DNA of 54,190 nucleotides from contig JBCDLR010000001.1 of the NCBI GenBank assembly GCA_038745205.1, forward strand, positions 1 to 54,190. Reading direction: 5' to 3'. A model generated the notes under the pieces. The model did not search any database and was not told where the DNA came from. It saw only the letters and a list, made by a program, of their open reading frames with translations. Shown in pieces: positions 8,941-17,821 of this stretch (positions are counted from its first letter, which is position 1; the number at the start of each line of letters is the position of its first letter). The stretch is from Verrucomicrobiota bacterium. Its GTDB lineage: Bacteria; Verrucomicrobiota; Verrucomicrobiia; Verrucomicrobiales; DEV007. The position numbers were made by a program, and so were the translations under genes.

Positions 8941-9077
8941 GTGGTTCCTTGGAAAAGTTTCTCGGGATGCATATCCTTCTTGGGCACTGGGCCGCGAATC
9001 GGTTTTTGACGGATTTGAGCCTATGGTAATCTCCCTGCTCCTCGACCCGTTCATCCACCCATCACCCACCTCCTCCT

Positions 9078-9983
9078 ATGCGCTGGAAGCATGCTAGAAA
9101 AAGTTCCCATGTGGAAGACCGCCGCGGTCGCGGTCGCCAAGTTGCCATGGGTGGAGGCATTGGCGGCCTCATCATCGCTCTCATTGCCGTCTTTTTCTTC
9201 AACCAGGATCCCTCGCTTCTTTTCCAAGCGGCCGGTGATGCCGCGGGAGGCGGAGGCTCCTCGAAGCCCTTTGAGCCATCGGCGGCGGAAAACGAACTCG
9301 CCGCCGAGGCAAGCGCGGTCATGGGCTTCACGGAGGATGTGTGGCAACAGATCTTCCCGATGGCAGCCCAGGGATATCGAAATTCCGCCAAGACGAATTC
9401 GTACAAAAAACCGAATCTCGTTCTTTTCACCGACCTGGTGAATTCCGGATGCGGCAAGGCCGGTTCAGGAATGGGACCTTTTTACTGCCCGGCGGACAGC
9501 AAGGTATACATCGACCTCTCCTTCTTCGATCAACTCAAGCGAGAGTTTGGCGCCGCCGGAGATTTCGCCCGCGCCTATGTCATTGCCCACGAGGTCGGTC
9601 ACCATGTGCAGAATCTCCTCGGCTTGACCGACTATGTGCATCGACGGCGCACCCGCATTTCCGACGAGGAATACAACCAGCTCTCCGTCCGCCTCGAGTT
9701 GCAGGCTGATTACTTCGCCGGTGTCTGGGCCCACCAGACCGAAAAAATGGAGATTCAGCGTGAGGGCCGCGGCTTCCTCGAGCGCGGCGACCTTGAAGAA
9801 GGGATGCGCGCGGCCAGCGCCGTCGGGGACGACACGATCCAGAAGCGCCAGCGTGGCTGGGTTCAGCCGGAAACGTTCACCCACGGCACGGCGAAACAGC
9901 GCACGCGTTGGTTTCGACTGGGCCTGAAAACGGGAGATCCACTCGCCCACAGCCCCTTCGAGCTGCCCTACAACCAGCTTTAA
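9078..9983 (+). CDS. ypfJ: YpfJ-family putative neutral zinc metallopeptidase
   Basis: 301-aa ORF. N-terminus MRWKHARKSSHVEDRRG plus a TM segment, then GPFYCPADSKVYIDLSFF and the HExxH zinc motif (AHEVGHHVQ). Confidence 0.8.
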   Translation: MRWKHARKSSHVEDRRGRGRQVAMGGGIGGLIIALIAVFFFNQDPSLLFQAAGDAAGGGGSSKPFEPSAAENELAAEASAVMGFTEDVWQQIFPMAAQGYRNSAKTNSYKKPNLVLFTDLVNSGCGKAGSGMGPFYCPADSKVYIDLSFFDQLKREFGAAGDFARAYVIAHEVGHHVQNLLGLTDYVHRRRTRISDEEYNQLSVRLELQADYFAGVWAHQTEKMEIQREGRGFLERGDLEEGMRAASAVGDDTIQKRQRGWVQPETFTHGTAKQRTRWFRLGLKTGDPLAHSPFELPYNQL

Positions 9984-11857
9984 TATTCCGCCTTCATCCC
10001 GAGAATGGCGAAGCAGGAGAAGCGGATAAACAGGCCCAGCGAAGATTCATTCCGACCCCGCCACTCGTCGAGGCATTTTTGAGCAGCGGCGGTGACGGTA
10101 TCGGATCGACTACCTACCAGTTCAAGGGCACGGATGGCCCGGAGGACGGTTTCGGGCTCCTCGGCGCCGAGTTCACCAATGAGGACATCCGTTTCGCCCA
10201 GGGCGGCGGCGGCTTCAATGCGAATGCTTGCAACGTCATCCTTGAGAGCCTTTTTCAGGGCCGTCTTCCTCTCCTCGGTCCGTTCACTCGCCCGTAGTCC
10301 GATCGTTGCCCAGTAGCGTACGGCCGCATCACGACTTCCCATCAGTGTCCGCTGTTCTTCAAACGCCTCGTCATTCCCCACCATCCACGCCGCCGATAGA
10401 ATCCGGTCCATTTGGTACTTTCCCGGATTCGCCGCTGCTTCGAAAGTGTTGGATCCTTTCGACCTCTGATGAGCCACATCCTCGGGGAGAAATCCGGAAT
10501 CCCTTGTCCCTACAACAGTTGTTCTCAGCCGATCCCTCATCGTCTGACGGATGGCTGCATGTGCGGGCTCGGCGATCAGGTTGGCAAGGTTCAAGGGATC
10601 CTCTCCTACCTTGTAAAGTTCCTCCCGCGGACGGGGAACCCCGGCATACTGCTCCTGCTCGGGCGTCATCTTCCCGGACGCGATCATTTTCCCGAACTCG
10701 CTCCGCACCCTGCCACCATCGGGGTAAACAGCCGGCTGGTGCCACGCGAAGTACGGCATGAAGTTGCGGATGTAGAGGTAGTCTTTTGTGCGCACCGAAC
10801 GCGAGAAGTCATAGACCTCGTCCACGCGATCCCGGGCGCCGAAAACAAATTCCCGAGGCGGCATTTGTTGATCACCGATGAATGGAAGTCCCTGCATGTA
10901 ACTCGGAATATCCAGCTCAAGCAGACTCAAGACGGTCGCGGGGAAATCAACGAAACTCACAAGCCGATCGATCTCCGTTCCCGGCTTCGCCGGCGCAAGA
11001 TGCTCCCACTTTTTCGGAAAGTGAATGATCAGGGGCACATGCATCCCTGAATCGTAAAGAGCCCTCTTATGGCGTGGCAGGCCCGCTCCGTGATCACTGA
11101 AGAGGAACACAATCGTATTCTCCGCCAGGTCATCCTCCTCCAATTCCTCCAGCATTTGCCCGAAATTCCTGTCCATCACCGTGATGCAGTCGTAGTTCCG
11201 CGCAATGGTTTTCCGGATCAACGGCGTGTCGGGATAGTAAGGCGGGACCGGTGCCGTCTTGGGATCGTGTTTCTCTTCCGCCGACAGTTTCGACTGTACT
11301 TTCTCCACGAATTCCTTGAAGGGCCACACCATCGATCTCGATTGGTGGGTCGTCATGTCGTTGAAAACGTGGAAAAAGGGCTGGGCCTTGTCCGGGCGGT
11401 TCCGGAAGTGAGCCTCCTCACTGGATTCATCCCAACTCTCGGCAATCAGCCGCTTCTCGCTTGAGGTATTGTAGTCGGTCTTGACGTTGTTCGTCGTGTA
11501 GTATCCGGAACGCCGCAGAAACGACGGCCAACCAGTGACGTAATCCGGAAGTGGAAAATCGGAACGCAGGCGCTGTGTCCCCAGCGTTGTCGCATACACT
11601 CCCGTGATGAGGCAGGATCGCGCGGGCGAACAAACCGGCGCCGTGGCGAACGCATTCCTGTAAAGCACGCTTCGTTTCGCGAAGGCATCAATGTTCGGCG
11701 TGTGCGCGTACTCGTCGCCATAGCAACCAAGGTTTGCGCTCATATCCTCGGCCGTGAACCAAAGTATGTTGGGTCTGTCGGCTCCGCTCAACGGAAGGGA
11801 GAAAGCGAAGAGGATGATGAGCGAAAGTCGCCGCGAAGTCTTCATGTTGCGGACCAT
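9980..11857 (-). CDS. Cys-type sulfatase fused to C-terminal HEAT-like repeats
   Basis: 625-aa ORF with a signal peptide (MKTSRRLSLIILFAFSLPLSG). Sulfatase start is RPNILWFTAEDM and the formylglycine motif is CSPARSCLITG (C-x-P-x-R). The C-terminal ~140 aa is helical-repeat-like (AAVRYWATIGL..., IRIEAAAALG..., LRAIRALELVG). Confidence 0.85.
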   Translation of the reverse strand: MVRNMKTSRRLSLIILFAFSLPLSGADRPNILWFTAEDMSANLGCYGDEYAHTPNIDAFAKRSVLYRNAFATAPVCSPARSCLITGVYATTLGTQRLRSDFPLPDYVTGWPSFLRRSGYYTTNNVKTDYNTSSEKRLIAESWDESSEEAHFRNRPDKAQPFFHVFNDMTTHQSRSMVWPFKEFVEKVQSKLSAEEKHDPKTAPVPPYYPDTPLIRKTIARNYDCITVMDRNFGQMLEELEEDDLAENTIVFLFSDHGAGLPRHKRALYDSGMHVPLIIHFPKKWEHLAPAKPGTEIDRLVSFVDFPATVLSLLELDIPSYMQGLPFIGDQQMPPREFVFGARDRVDEVYDFSRSVRTKDYLYIRNFMPYFAWHQPAVYPDGGRVRSEFGKMIASGKMTPEQEQYAGVPRPREELYKVGEDPLNLANLIAEPAHAAIRQTMRDRLRTTVVGTRDSGFLPEDVAHQRSKGSNTFEAAANPGKYQMDRILSAAWMVGNDEAFEEQRTLMGSRDAAVRYWATIGLRASERTEERKTALKKALKDDVASIRIEAAAALGETDVLIGELGAEEPETVLRAIRALELVGSRSDTVTAAAQKCLDEWRGRNESSLGLFIRFSCFAILGMKAEY

Positions 11858-11878
11858 TGCATGGATTTCACCCGTGCC

Positions 11879-13120
11879 TCAAGTCTGATTCCCTTTCCCG
11901 CCCTTCGCGGCTCCCTTTCTCGCTTGCCTTCGGTCCACTTCGCCATCTTCACCGGGTTCACCACGAACGACAACCTGCGCGCCCTCCGCCGCGTAGGGGA
12001 GGGCTGTCACGCAGAGTCGCTCCTCAACGGGAAGCTCTGTTCGTGTGACGAACGTTTCCGTGTCGTCCCAGAGGACTGTCACTTCCCGTCGACGCAGACG
12101 GTTCTCCGCATCCACGGTGAGAACCTCTCCATCCTGCCGCAGCGCTTTGCGTGGAAGCACGAAAACGTTCGGCAGAACACGACCGGAAATCTCCGCCTCA
12201 ACGAAGAGCCCCACTTTGAGCGGCGGCGCTCCCGGCTCTCGGCGTGCGTAGGGATCATCCACCTGGGCAACGACGAAGAGTTGGCGGCTGCGGGTGTCGA
12301 CCCGCCCTTCCGTGCGGACGATCACTCCCTCCCACGTGTAGGTCTCTCCACCGAAATCGCTCCTCAGAAGAACCTTCGGCTTGGGCCTGTCATCGATGTT
12401 CTTGTCACCATGATAGAGTTCAGGAAGGTCAACGAAACCTTCCTGTTTCCTTGTGATCGGCAATCGAATCTCCGCGAAATCCACGGCATAAATCGATGCC
12501 AGCGTCGTCCCGGTGGAAACGAACTGTCCGACATCCACCATCTGCTCCAGGACGCGACCCGTGTAGGGCGCACGAATCTCGGTCCGGTCCAAATCCCGCC
12601 TCGCTTTGGCCACCTGGGCCTGGGCGGAAGCCAGGCGACCCTTCGCTTCGGCGAGTTGCGGCTTTCTCAAGACAAGGGGGCTGGGCTCACCGCCCTTTCC
12701 CAGGGCGCGCCAATTGTCCAGCGCCTGCTCGGCCCGCGCCTGTTCCTGCTGAAATACGGCCTCCGCTTCCGCTTCCGCGCTATCCGCCACGGTCAATGCC
12801 GTCCGATAGTCGCTCGGATCGACGCGCAGGAGAATCTCCCCCTCCTCAAAGAAACCCCCGGCGCGAAACGACGGCGTAATCTCCACGATGCGACCGGAGA
12901 CCTCGGGAATGAGGGTGCTCGTCGTCCGTGCACGCACTGTGCCGCGCGTTCTCAGCACCACCTGGTAATCCGCCCTCTCCAGCGGGATGACATCAACGGC
13001 GAGCTTCATCCCCGGCCGCTTGCGCTTCTCCGGCTCCGGACTCGTGAGAACAAGCCAGTAAGCAAGCGCACCCGAACCCGCCAAGACGGCAAGCGGTACG
13101 ATCCATTTCAGGGGATTCAT
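11879..13120 (-). CDS. Efflux transporter periplasmic adaptor subunit (membrane fusion protein, HlyD/AcrA-like)
   Basis: ATG at 13120 gives MNPLKWIVPLAVLAGSGALAYWLV (a TM anchor). This is followed by lipoyl/beta-barrel-type segments and an alpha-hairpin (AEAEAEAVFQQEQARAEQALDNW...LAEAKGRLASAQAQVAKARRDLDRTEIRAPYTGRV). The TTG start at 13180 would overlap the upstream gene. Confidence 0.8.
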   Translation of the reverse strand: MNPLKWIVPLAVLAGSGALAYWLVLTSPEPEKRKRPGMKLAVDVIPLERADYQVVLRTRGTVRARTTSTLIPEVSGRIVEITPSFRAGGFFEEGEILLRVDPSDYRTALTVADSAEAEAEAVFQQEQARAEQALDNWRALGKGGEPSPLVLRKPQLAEAKGRLASAQAQVAKARRDLDRTEIRAPYTGRVLEQMVDVGQFVSTGTTLASIYAVDFAEIRLPITRKQEGFVDLPELYHGDKNIDDRPKPKVLLRSDFGGETYTWEGVIVRTEGRVDTRSRQLFVVAQVDDPYARREPGAPPLKVGLFVEAEISGRVLPNVFVLPRKALRQDGEVLTVDAENRLRRREVTVLWDDTETFVTRTELPVEERLCVTALPYAAEGAQVVVRGEPGEDGEVDRRQARKGAAKGGKGNQT

Positions 13121-13158
13121 TCGGGGTAATTTCGGGGCGAATCGCCTTCGCGGCAAGT

Positions 13159-14727
13159 TTATCGACGCCCACCGCCCCAACGCTTGTCCCGCCGGGCCGC
13201 GGTCGTCATTTTTGCATTCGAAGCGATCGCGACCGGATGCTCTTCCGGCTTCAGTTTGCTGCTGAAGTCCCCTCCCAGGGCGAGGTAGAGGTCCACGCGG
13301 TTTTGCAGGCGCAAATTGCTGATCGTGATGAGCGAACTTGCGGAATCAAAGGATCGACGTTGGGATTCTAGCACGGTCACTATATCAACCAATCCCCGCG
13401 AGTATTGTGTCACCGCAAGTTTCTCCGCTTCCTTCGACTCGATCGCCGCTTCTCGGACAGCCGCCTCCTGCGCCGCGAGAAACTCATCCGCGGCCAAAGC
13501 CGATTCCACCTCACGAAACGCGGTGAGCGCGGTCTGGGCGTAATCGTGCACCGCCTCCTCGCGGTTGGCATCAGCCACTTTCAACTCTCCGGCGAGGCGC
13601 CCTCCCTGGAAGAGCGGCTGGGTGAGATTTCCCGCAATGTTCCAAACAATGGTTTCGGGTCGAAGCAGTTCGTCGAGATCCTCGCTCTGGAAGCCCCGGC
13701 TCCCGGTGAGTCGCAGGGAAGGAAGAAAGGCTTTCCGCGCGGACTCCACGCGCTCGCCGGTCCCGAAAAGTCGGTATTCCGCTGCGCGAATGTCGGGCCG
13801 GCGCAGGAGCAATTCGGAGGGAATCCCCGCGGGAACCATGGAAGCGATTCCCGGAAGGTCGGGAACCACCGAGAGCTCTTCCGCAGGATATTGCCCTAAC
13901 AAAACCTCAAGATTCCTCACCGCCGCGTCGCGATTTCGCTCCTCCTCGCGAAGACGTCCCCGGGCCGAAGCCACATTGGCCCGGGTCAGGCGCACATCGA
14001 GCGCCCCGTCCCCCTGGCCTTCTCCCTCGATCCCTCGTTCAAACATTTGCTCAACGACACCGAGATTGTCTTCAAAGCTTCTCAACGTTTCCTCCGCCAG
14101 CCTCATCTGCTGACCGGCTTCGATCGCATTGAACCACGTCCTCGCGGCATTCGCAGCGAGTGAAAGACGGGCCGCATAGTAGTCGAAGCGCGCCGCTTCC
14201 GCATCGGCGAGGGATGCCCGCCGATCATTTCGCAAATCCCCCCAAAGATCGATCTCCCATGAGATGTCCGCAGCCAGATCGAAGTTGTTCCGGATATCGG
14301 CCGATGATGAACTCTGGGACGCCAGGGTATTACGGTCTGCGGCGGACCCACCGGATCGAACGTTCGCATTGTTGGTGGTGGATCCCCGCTGCGTGCGGGA
14401 CGGTTGAAAGGACGTGGATACCTGCGGAAAAAGCGGAGCACGCTCGACAATCGATCTCGCCTTCGCCGCCTTCATCCGGGCCGCCGCCGCCTTGAGGTCA
14501 TGGTTGAATTCGAAGGCCTGCGCGACAATCGACTCAAGCTCCTTCGAAGGGGAGAATCCCCCGACCCATCCCGTCTCGGACACGGATGTTTCACTTCGAC
14601 GGCCGCTGCCCCACTCAGCAGGAACCGACAAATCCGGTTTCTCCTTCAAGGCAGACGTTGGAACACAGCCGCTCAGAAGAGCAACCAGCGGAAGAGAGAG
14701 TCCTATCCGTGGAACAACGCGAAGCAT
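13159..14727 (-). CDS. Efflux outer-membrane factor lipoprotein (NodT/TolC family)
   Basis: 522-aa ORF with a lipobox (LVALLSGC). It has two TolC-like repeats with long helical segments, and the length is typical. Confidence 0.8.
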   Translation of the reverse strand: MLRVVPRIGLSLPLVALLSGCVPTSALKEKPDLSVPAEWGSGRRSETSVSETGWVGGFSPSKELESIVAQAFEFNHDLKAAAARMKAAKARSIVERAPLFPQVSTSFQPSRTQRGSTTNNANVRSGGSAADRNTLASQSSSSADIRNNFDLAADISWEIDLWGDLRNDRRASLADAEAARFDYYAARLSLAANAARTWFNAIEAGQQMRLAEETLRSFEDNLGVVEQMFERGIEGEGQGDGALDVRLTRANVASARGRLREEERNRDAAVRNLEVLLGQYPAEELSVVPDLPGIASMVPAGIPSELLLRRPDIRAAEYRLFGTGERVESARKAFLPSLRLTGSRGFQSEDLDELLRPETIVWNIAGNLTQPLFQGGRLAGELKVADANREEAVHDYAQTALTAFREVESALAADEFLAAQEAAVREAAIESKEAEKLAVTQYSRGLVDIVTVLESQRRSFDSASSLITISNLRLQNRVDLYLALGGDFSSKLKPEEHPVAIASNAKMTTAARRDKRWGGGRR

Positions 14728-14822
14728 GAAGGGAATACAGACCGTAGCACGCGGTCGAGTCGCCCATCATGGCCTCGAAAATCCGTTGGCGAAAGCCCCG
14801 ATTCTCCCCCGGGCGAGGAGCC

Positions 14823-15809
14823 TCAGTTCCTCGATGAGCCGGAAACCTCGACGAGTTGGTCCACAAGCGTCACCGTGCTGAGTTGGTTCATCACGTATCG
14901 CTGGCGGGCCGTTTCCTCCCTCAGTTCCCCAAGTTCCCGACGCTTCTTCGCCAAGTCCCGCTCGAGTTCCACGATGCGACGCGCCTGCTTCCGCCGCAAT
15001 CCACCGGCGTGGACCCCTGCCGCAACGATGAGCAAGACCAACGGTGTCACGACCCACTGGAGATACGCAATAACCGTGCGGCCGCTGTCCCCGGAACGCG
15101 GAGTTTCCTTCAGCCATCGATCGGCCAGAGTCGACTTCTGACCCGTCCGCTCCACAACGCGCAGCCCCGCATTCAGTGAATCCCGAAGGGAAAACTCCGT
15201 CGTCGCAAAAGCAAACTCACGCCCGAAGAACCCGTTGCCCGTCATGCGGACTCCACCCATCGTCTCTGACAAGAACAGCCCGTTCTGCTCCTCAAGGACA
15301 GCAGCTTCGGATTCTCCTGCGATCACGGAGCGCAACGCTTCTTCACTGCTATCATGGATCGCAAACCGATTGACGCCGATTTGTCCCAAATAGGGTATCA
15401 CGGGGTCCCCATCCACGACCGCGACTTTCCGGTCCATTTTCAAGTCCTCCAAGCCGCGAATGATGGACCCGGAGGGCACGAAAACCGCATGATACCGCAA
15501 GGCGACCGGAAGCGTGAATTGCTCATTCCGATCCGAGGTGGTCAACGCCTTCGAGAGGCTGACGTCCCCCTCTCTCTCATTCGTCCAATCCGTTTCGATG
15601 AATTCGATTTCCAGTCCCCTGTTTCGAGCCACTTCCCGCAGCAACTCTACCTCAAATCCCGACGGTTCGCCCTGTTCACCCGAGAACGCGAAGGGCGGAT
15701 TGTCGAGAGGACCAAAGACCGTGATGGTTTCGCCAAAGGCCGTGAATGCCGAGAAACCCGTCACGAGAAGGAATCCTTGCCAAAGGGGGATAAAATTGCC
15801 AGAAAACAT
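14823..15809 (-). CDS. Periplasmic solute-binding (family 3 / PBPb-like) domain, one TM segment and a short cytoplasmic coiled coil; no recognisable output domain
   Basis: 328-aa ORF with a signal peptide. The ~230-aa domain resembles amino-acid-binding proteins (PPFAFSGEQGEPSGFEVELLREVARNRGLEIEFIETDW...KVAVVDGDP...). The TM segment is VVTPLVLLIVAAGVHAG. The tail is a ~70-aa Arg/Glu-rich helix (RIVELERDLAKKRRELGELREETARQRY). Confidence 0.6.
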   Translation of the reverse strand: MFSGNFIPLWQGFLLVTGFSAFTAFGETITVFGPLDNPPFAFSGEQGEPSGFEVELLREVARNRGLEIEFIETDWTNEREGDVSLSKALTTSDRNEQFTLPVALRYHAVFVPSGSIIRGLEDLKMDRKVAVVDGDPVIPYLGQIGVNRFAIHDSSEEALRSVIAGESEAAVLEEQNGLFLSETMGGVRMTGNGFFGREFAFATTEFSLRDSLNAGLRVVERTGQKSTLADRWLKETPRSGDSGRTVIAYLQWVVTPLVLLIVAAGVHAGGLRRKQARRIVELERDLAKKRRELGELREETARQRYVMNQLSTVTLVDQLVEVSGSSRN

Positions 15810-15857
15810 AAAATTTATGGAAATAATAACATTTAATAGAGTCGTTTCAACTCTTTG

Positions 15858-16823
15858 ATGGCGAGAGACCGAGAATCCCCGGGGAAAACCAGCGATTTTC
15901 TTTGCAACGACGGGCCTTGGGGGAATTCGTGCCCGGTGGCGGAATCATTCCTTAAAATCGGGCTGGTACAGTCGAAGTCGATGGGCAGCGTCGAGGCGAA
16001 TCTGGCCCTCGCTGAATCCAGTATCGAGGTCGCGGCGGAGCGGGGCGCACGCGTGGTCTGTCTCCAGGAGCTTTTTGCCTCCGCCTATTTCTGCCAAGAA
16101 GAAGACGAGGCGTGGTTCGAGCTCGCAGAGCCCATTCCCGGACCGACCACCCAAGCCATGCAGCGCTGCGCCAGAAAGTTGGGAATTGTCCTCATCGTCC
16201 CCGTTTTTGAGAAGCGCGCCCCCGGGGTGTATCACAATTCCGCCGTCGTCATCGACGCAGATGGGACAATTCTTGGGACCTACCGGAAAATGCACATTCC
16301 TGACGATCCCGGGTTTTACGAAAAGTATTATTTCGCGCCGGGTGACTTGGGCTTCAAGACCTGGACGACGTCAGCGGGAAAGATCGGCGTTCTGATTTGC
16401 TGGGACCAATGGTTTCCCGAAGCCGCGCGCCTCACCGCGATGCAGGGAGCCGGCATTCTCTTTTACCCGACCGCTATCGGGTGGCTTCCGTCCGAAAAGG
16501 AATCCCTGGGCCAGGCGCAAGTCGCCAGTTGGGAAACCTCCATGCGGGGACATGCCATCGCGAACGGATGTTTCGTCGCCGCGGTGAACCGCACCGGACA
16601 CGAAGCACCTGCGGGCGGTGAGGGAATTGAATTCTGGGGGCAATCATTCGTGGCAAATCCTCAAGGGGAGGTCATCGCTTCGGCCGGCACAGTCGAAGAA
16701 GAGGTGTTGGTCGTCGACATTGATCTGCAGCAGGTCGAAGCCCAGCGAAAAGCCTGGCCCTTTTTCCGCGATCGACGCATCGATGCCTACGAAGAACTCA
16801 CCAAACGCTGGACCGATTCATGA
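15858..16823 (+). CDS. aguB: N-carbamoylputrescine amidase (carbon-nitrogen hydrolase family)
   Basis: Nitrilase-superfamily Glu-Lys-Cys triad contexts are CLQELF, YRKMHIP and LICWDQWFPE. The gene is immediately followed by, and overlaps, agmatine deiminase. The start is uncertain: ATG at 15858, or an in-frame GTG at 15936 closer to the conserved core (LKIGLVQ). Confidence 0.85.
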   Translation: MARDRESPGKTSDFLCNDGPWGNSCPVAESFLKIGLVQSKSMGSVEANLALAESSIEVAAERGARVVCLQELFASAYFCQEEDEAWFELAEPIPGPTTQAMQRCARKLGIVLIVPVFEKRAPGVYHNSAVVIDADGTILGTYRKMHIPDDPGFYEKYYFAPGDLGFKTWTTSAGKIGVLICWDQWFPEAARLTAMQGAGILFYPTAIGWLPSEKESLGQAQVASWETSMRGHAIANGCFVAAVNRTGHEAPAGGEGIEFWGQSFVANPQGEVIASAGTVEEEVLVVDIDLQQVEAQRKAWPFFRDRRIDAYEELTKRWTDS

Positions 16824-17821
16824 CGTCGCGACGCCGATGGCCCGCAGAGTGGGAGACTCACACGGCAACATGGCTCAGTTGGCCCCACCGCAAATGCCTA
16901 TCCTGGTCGGGCGAAGGCATCCATCGTATCCGGCCCACGATGCTCGCCCTCGCCGAGACACTCGCCGAAGTCGAAAATGTCCACATCAACATCACCAATG
17001 ATGAGGAGAGGCAGTTCATCGAGGCCAACATTCGGAGCGAGCTTCGCGGAAAACTCCGCCTTTTTGACATCGCCACCAATGATCCATGGTGCCGCGACCA
17101 TGGGCCAACCTTCTTGTGGAATGGCGAGGGTCTACGGGAAGGGATTTGCTGGCAGTTCAATTCATGGGGCCAGAAATACGGCCCATGGAAAGACGACGCC
17201 CTTGCCAGCAACCGGATGGTCAAAGCTCTGAATTGCGACGCCATTGAGAGCCCCCTCGTATTCGAGCCGGGAGGACTTGAAGGAAACGGCCACGGCCTCG
17301 CGCTCGTCTCGGAACGCAGCGTGATCCATCCGATGCGAAATCCCGGAAAGGCGAGGGACGAAGTCGAACGGGAACTACGTGAAAACTTGTCCCTCGATAC
17401 CCTCATTTGGGTCGATGCCATGATCGAGGGTGACGACACCGATGGTCACGTCGATAACTTTGCCCGTTTTGCCTCCCGTAACACGCTCCTCGTCACGAAA
17501 GAGGGATTGGCGGCAAACCCCCAACTGGGGAAACTGGACCTCGAAATTCGTCTTCTCCCGGAACCGGCGAAAAAAGTCATCGTCGACGGAAAAACCTGTC
17601 CTGCGAGCTACGCGAATTTCTACATTGCCAATGAGAAGGTCATCGTTCCAAGCTTTCAGGATGCCGAGGACGACAGAGCCGCAAGATTGCTCGAAGAGAG
17701 TTTTCCCGACCGGATGATTCAGAGTCTGGACAGCAGGGAATTACTCTGGGGGCATGGTGGCATCCATTGCATCACCCAGCAGGTCCTTCCGCCAACTGCT
17801 CAGGAAAGCCGTGACTTGTAG
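16820..17821 (+). CDS. aguA: Agmatine deiminase
   Basis: 333-aa ORF with PAEWETHTATWLSWPH, DPWCRDHGP, GDDTDGHVDNFARF and the C-terminal catalytic-Cys motif GGIHCITQQ. ATGA overlap with aguB. Confidence 0.9.
   Translation: MTSRRRWPAEWETHTATWLSWPHRKCLSWSGEGIHRIRPTMLALAETLAEVENVHINITNDEERQFIEANIRSELRGKLRLFDIATNDPWCRDHGPTFLWNGEGLREGICWQFNSWGQKYGPWKDDALASNRMVKALNCDAIESPLVFEPGGLEGNGHGLALVSERSVIHPMRNPGKARDEVERELRENLSLDTLIWVDAMIEGDDTDGHVDNFARFASRNTLLVTKEGLAANPQLGKLDLEIRLLPEPAKKVIVDGKTCPASYANFYIANEKVIVPSFQDAEDDRAARLLEESFPDRMIQSLDSRELLWGHGGIHCITQQVLPPTAQESRDL

Noticed and set aside
11702-13129. 475-aa plus-strand ORF opposite the adaptor gene
   Set aside because: It is Arg/Pro/Gly-rich with no recognisable domains. 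It overlaps two well-supported minus-strand genes, so it is a shadow ORF.
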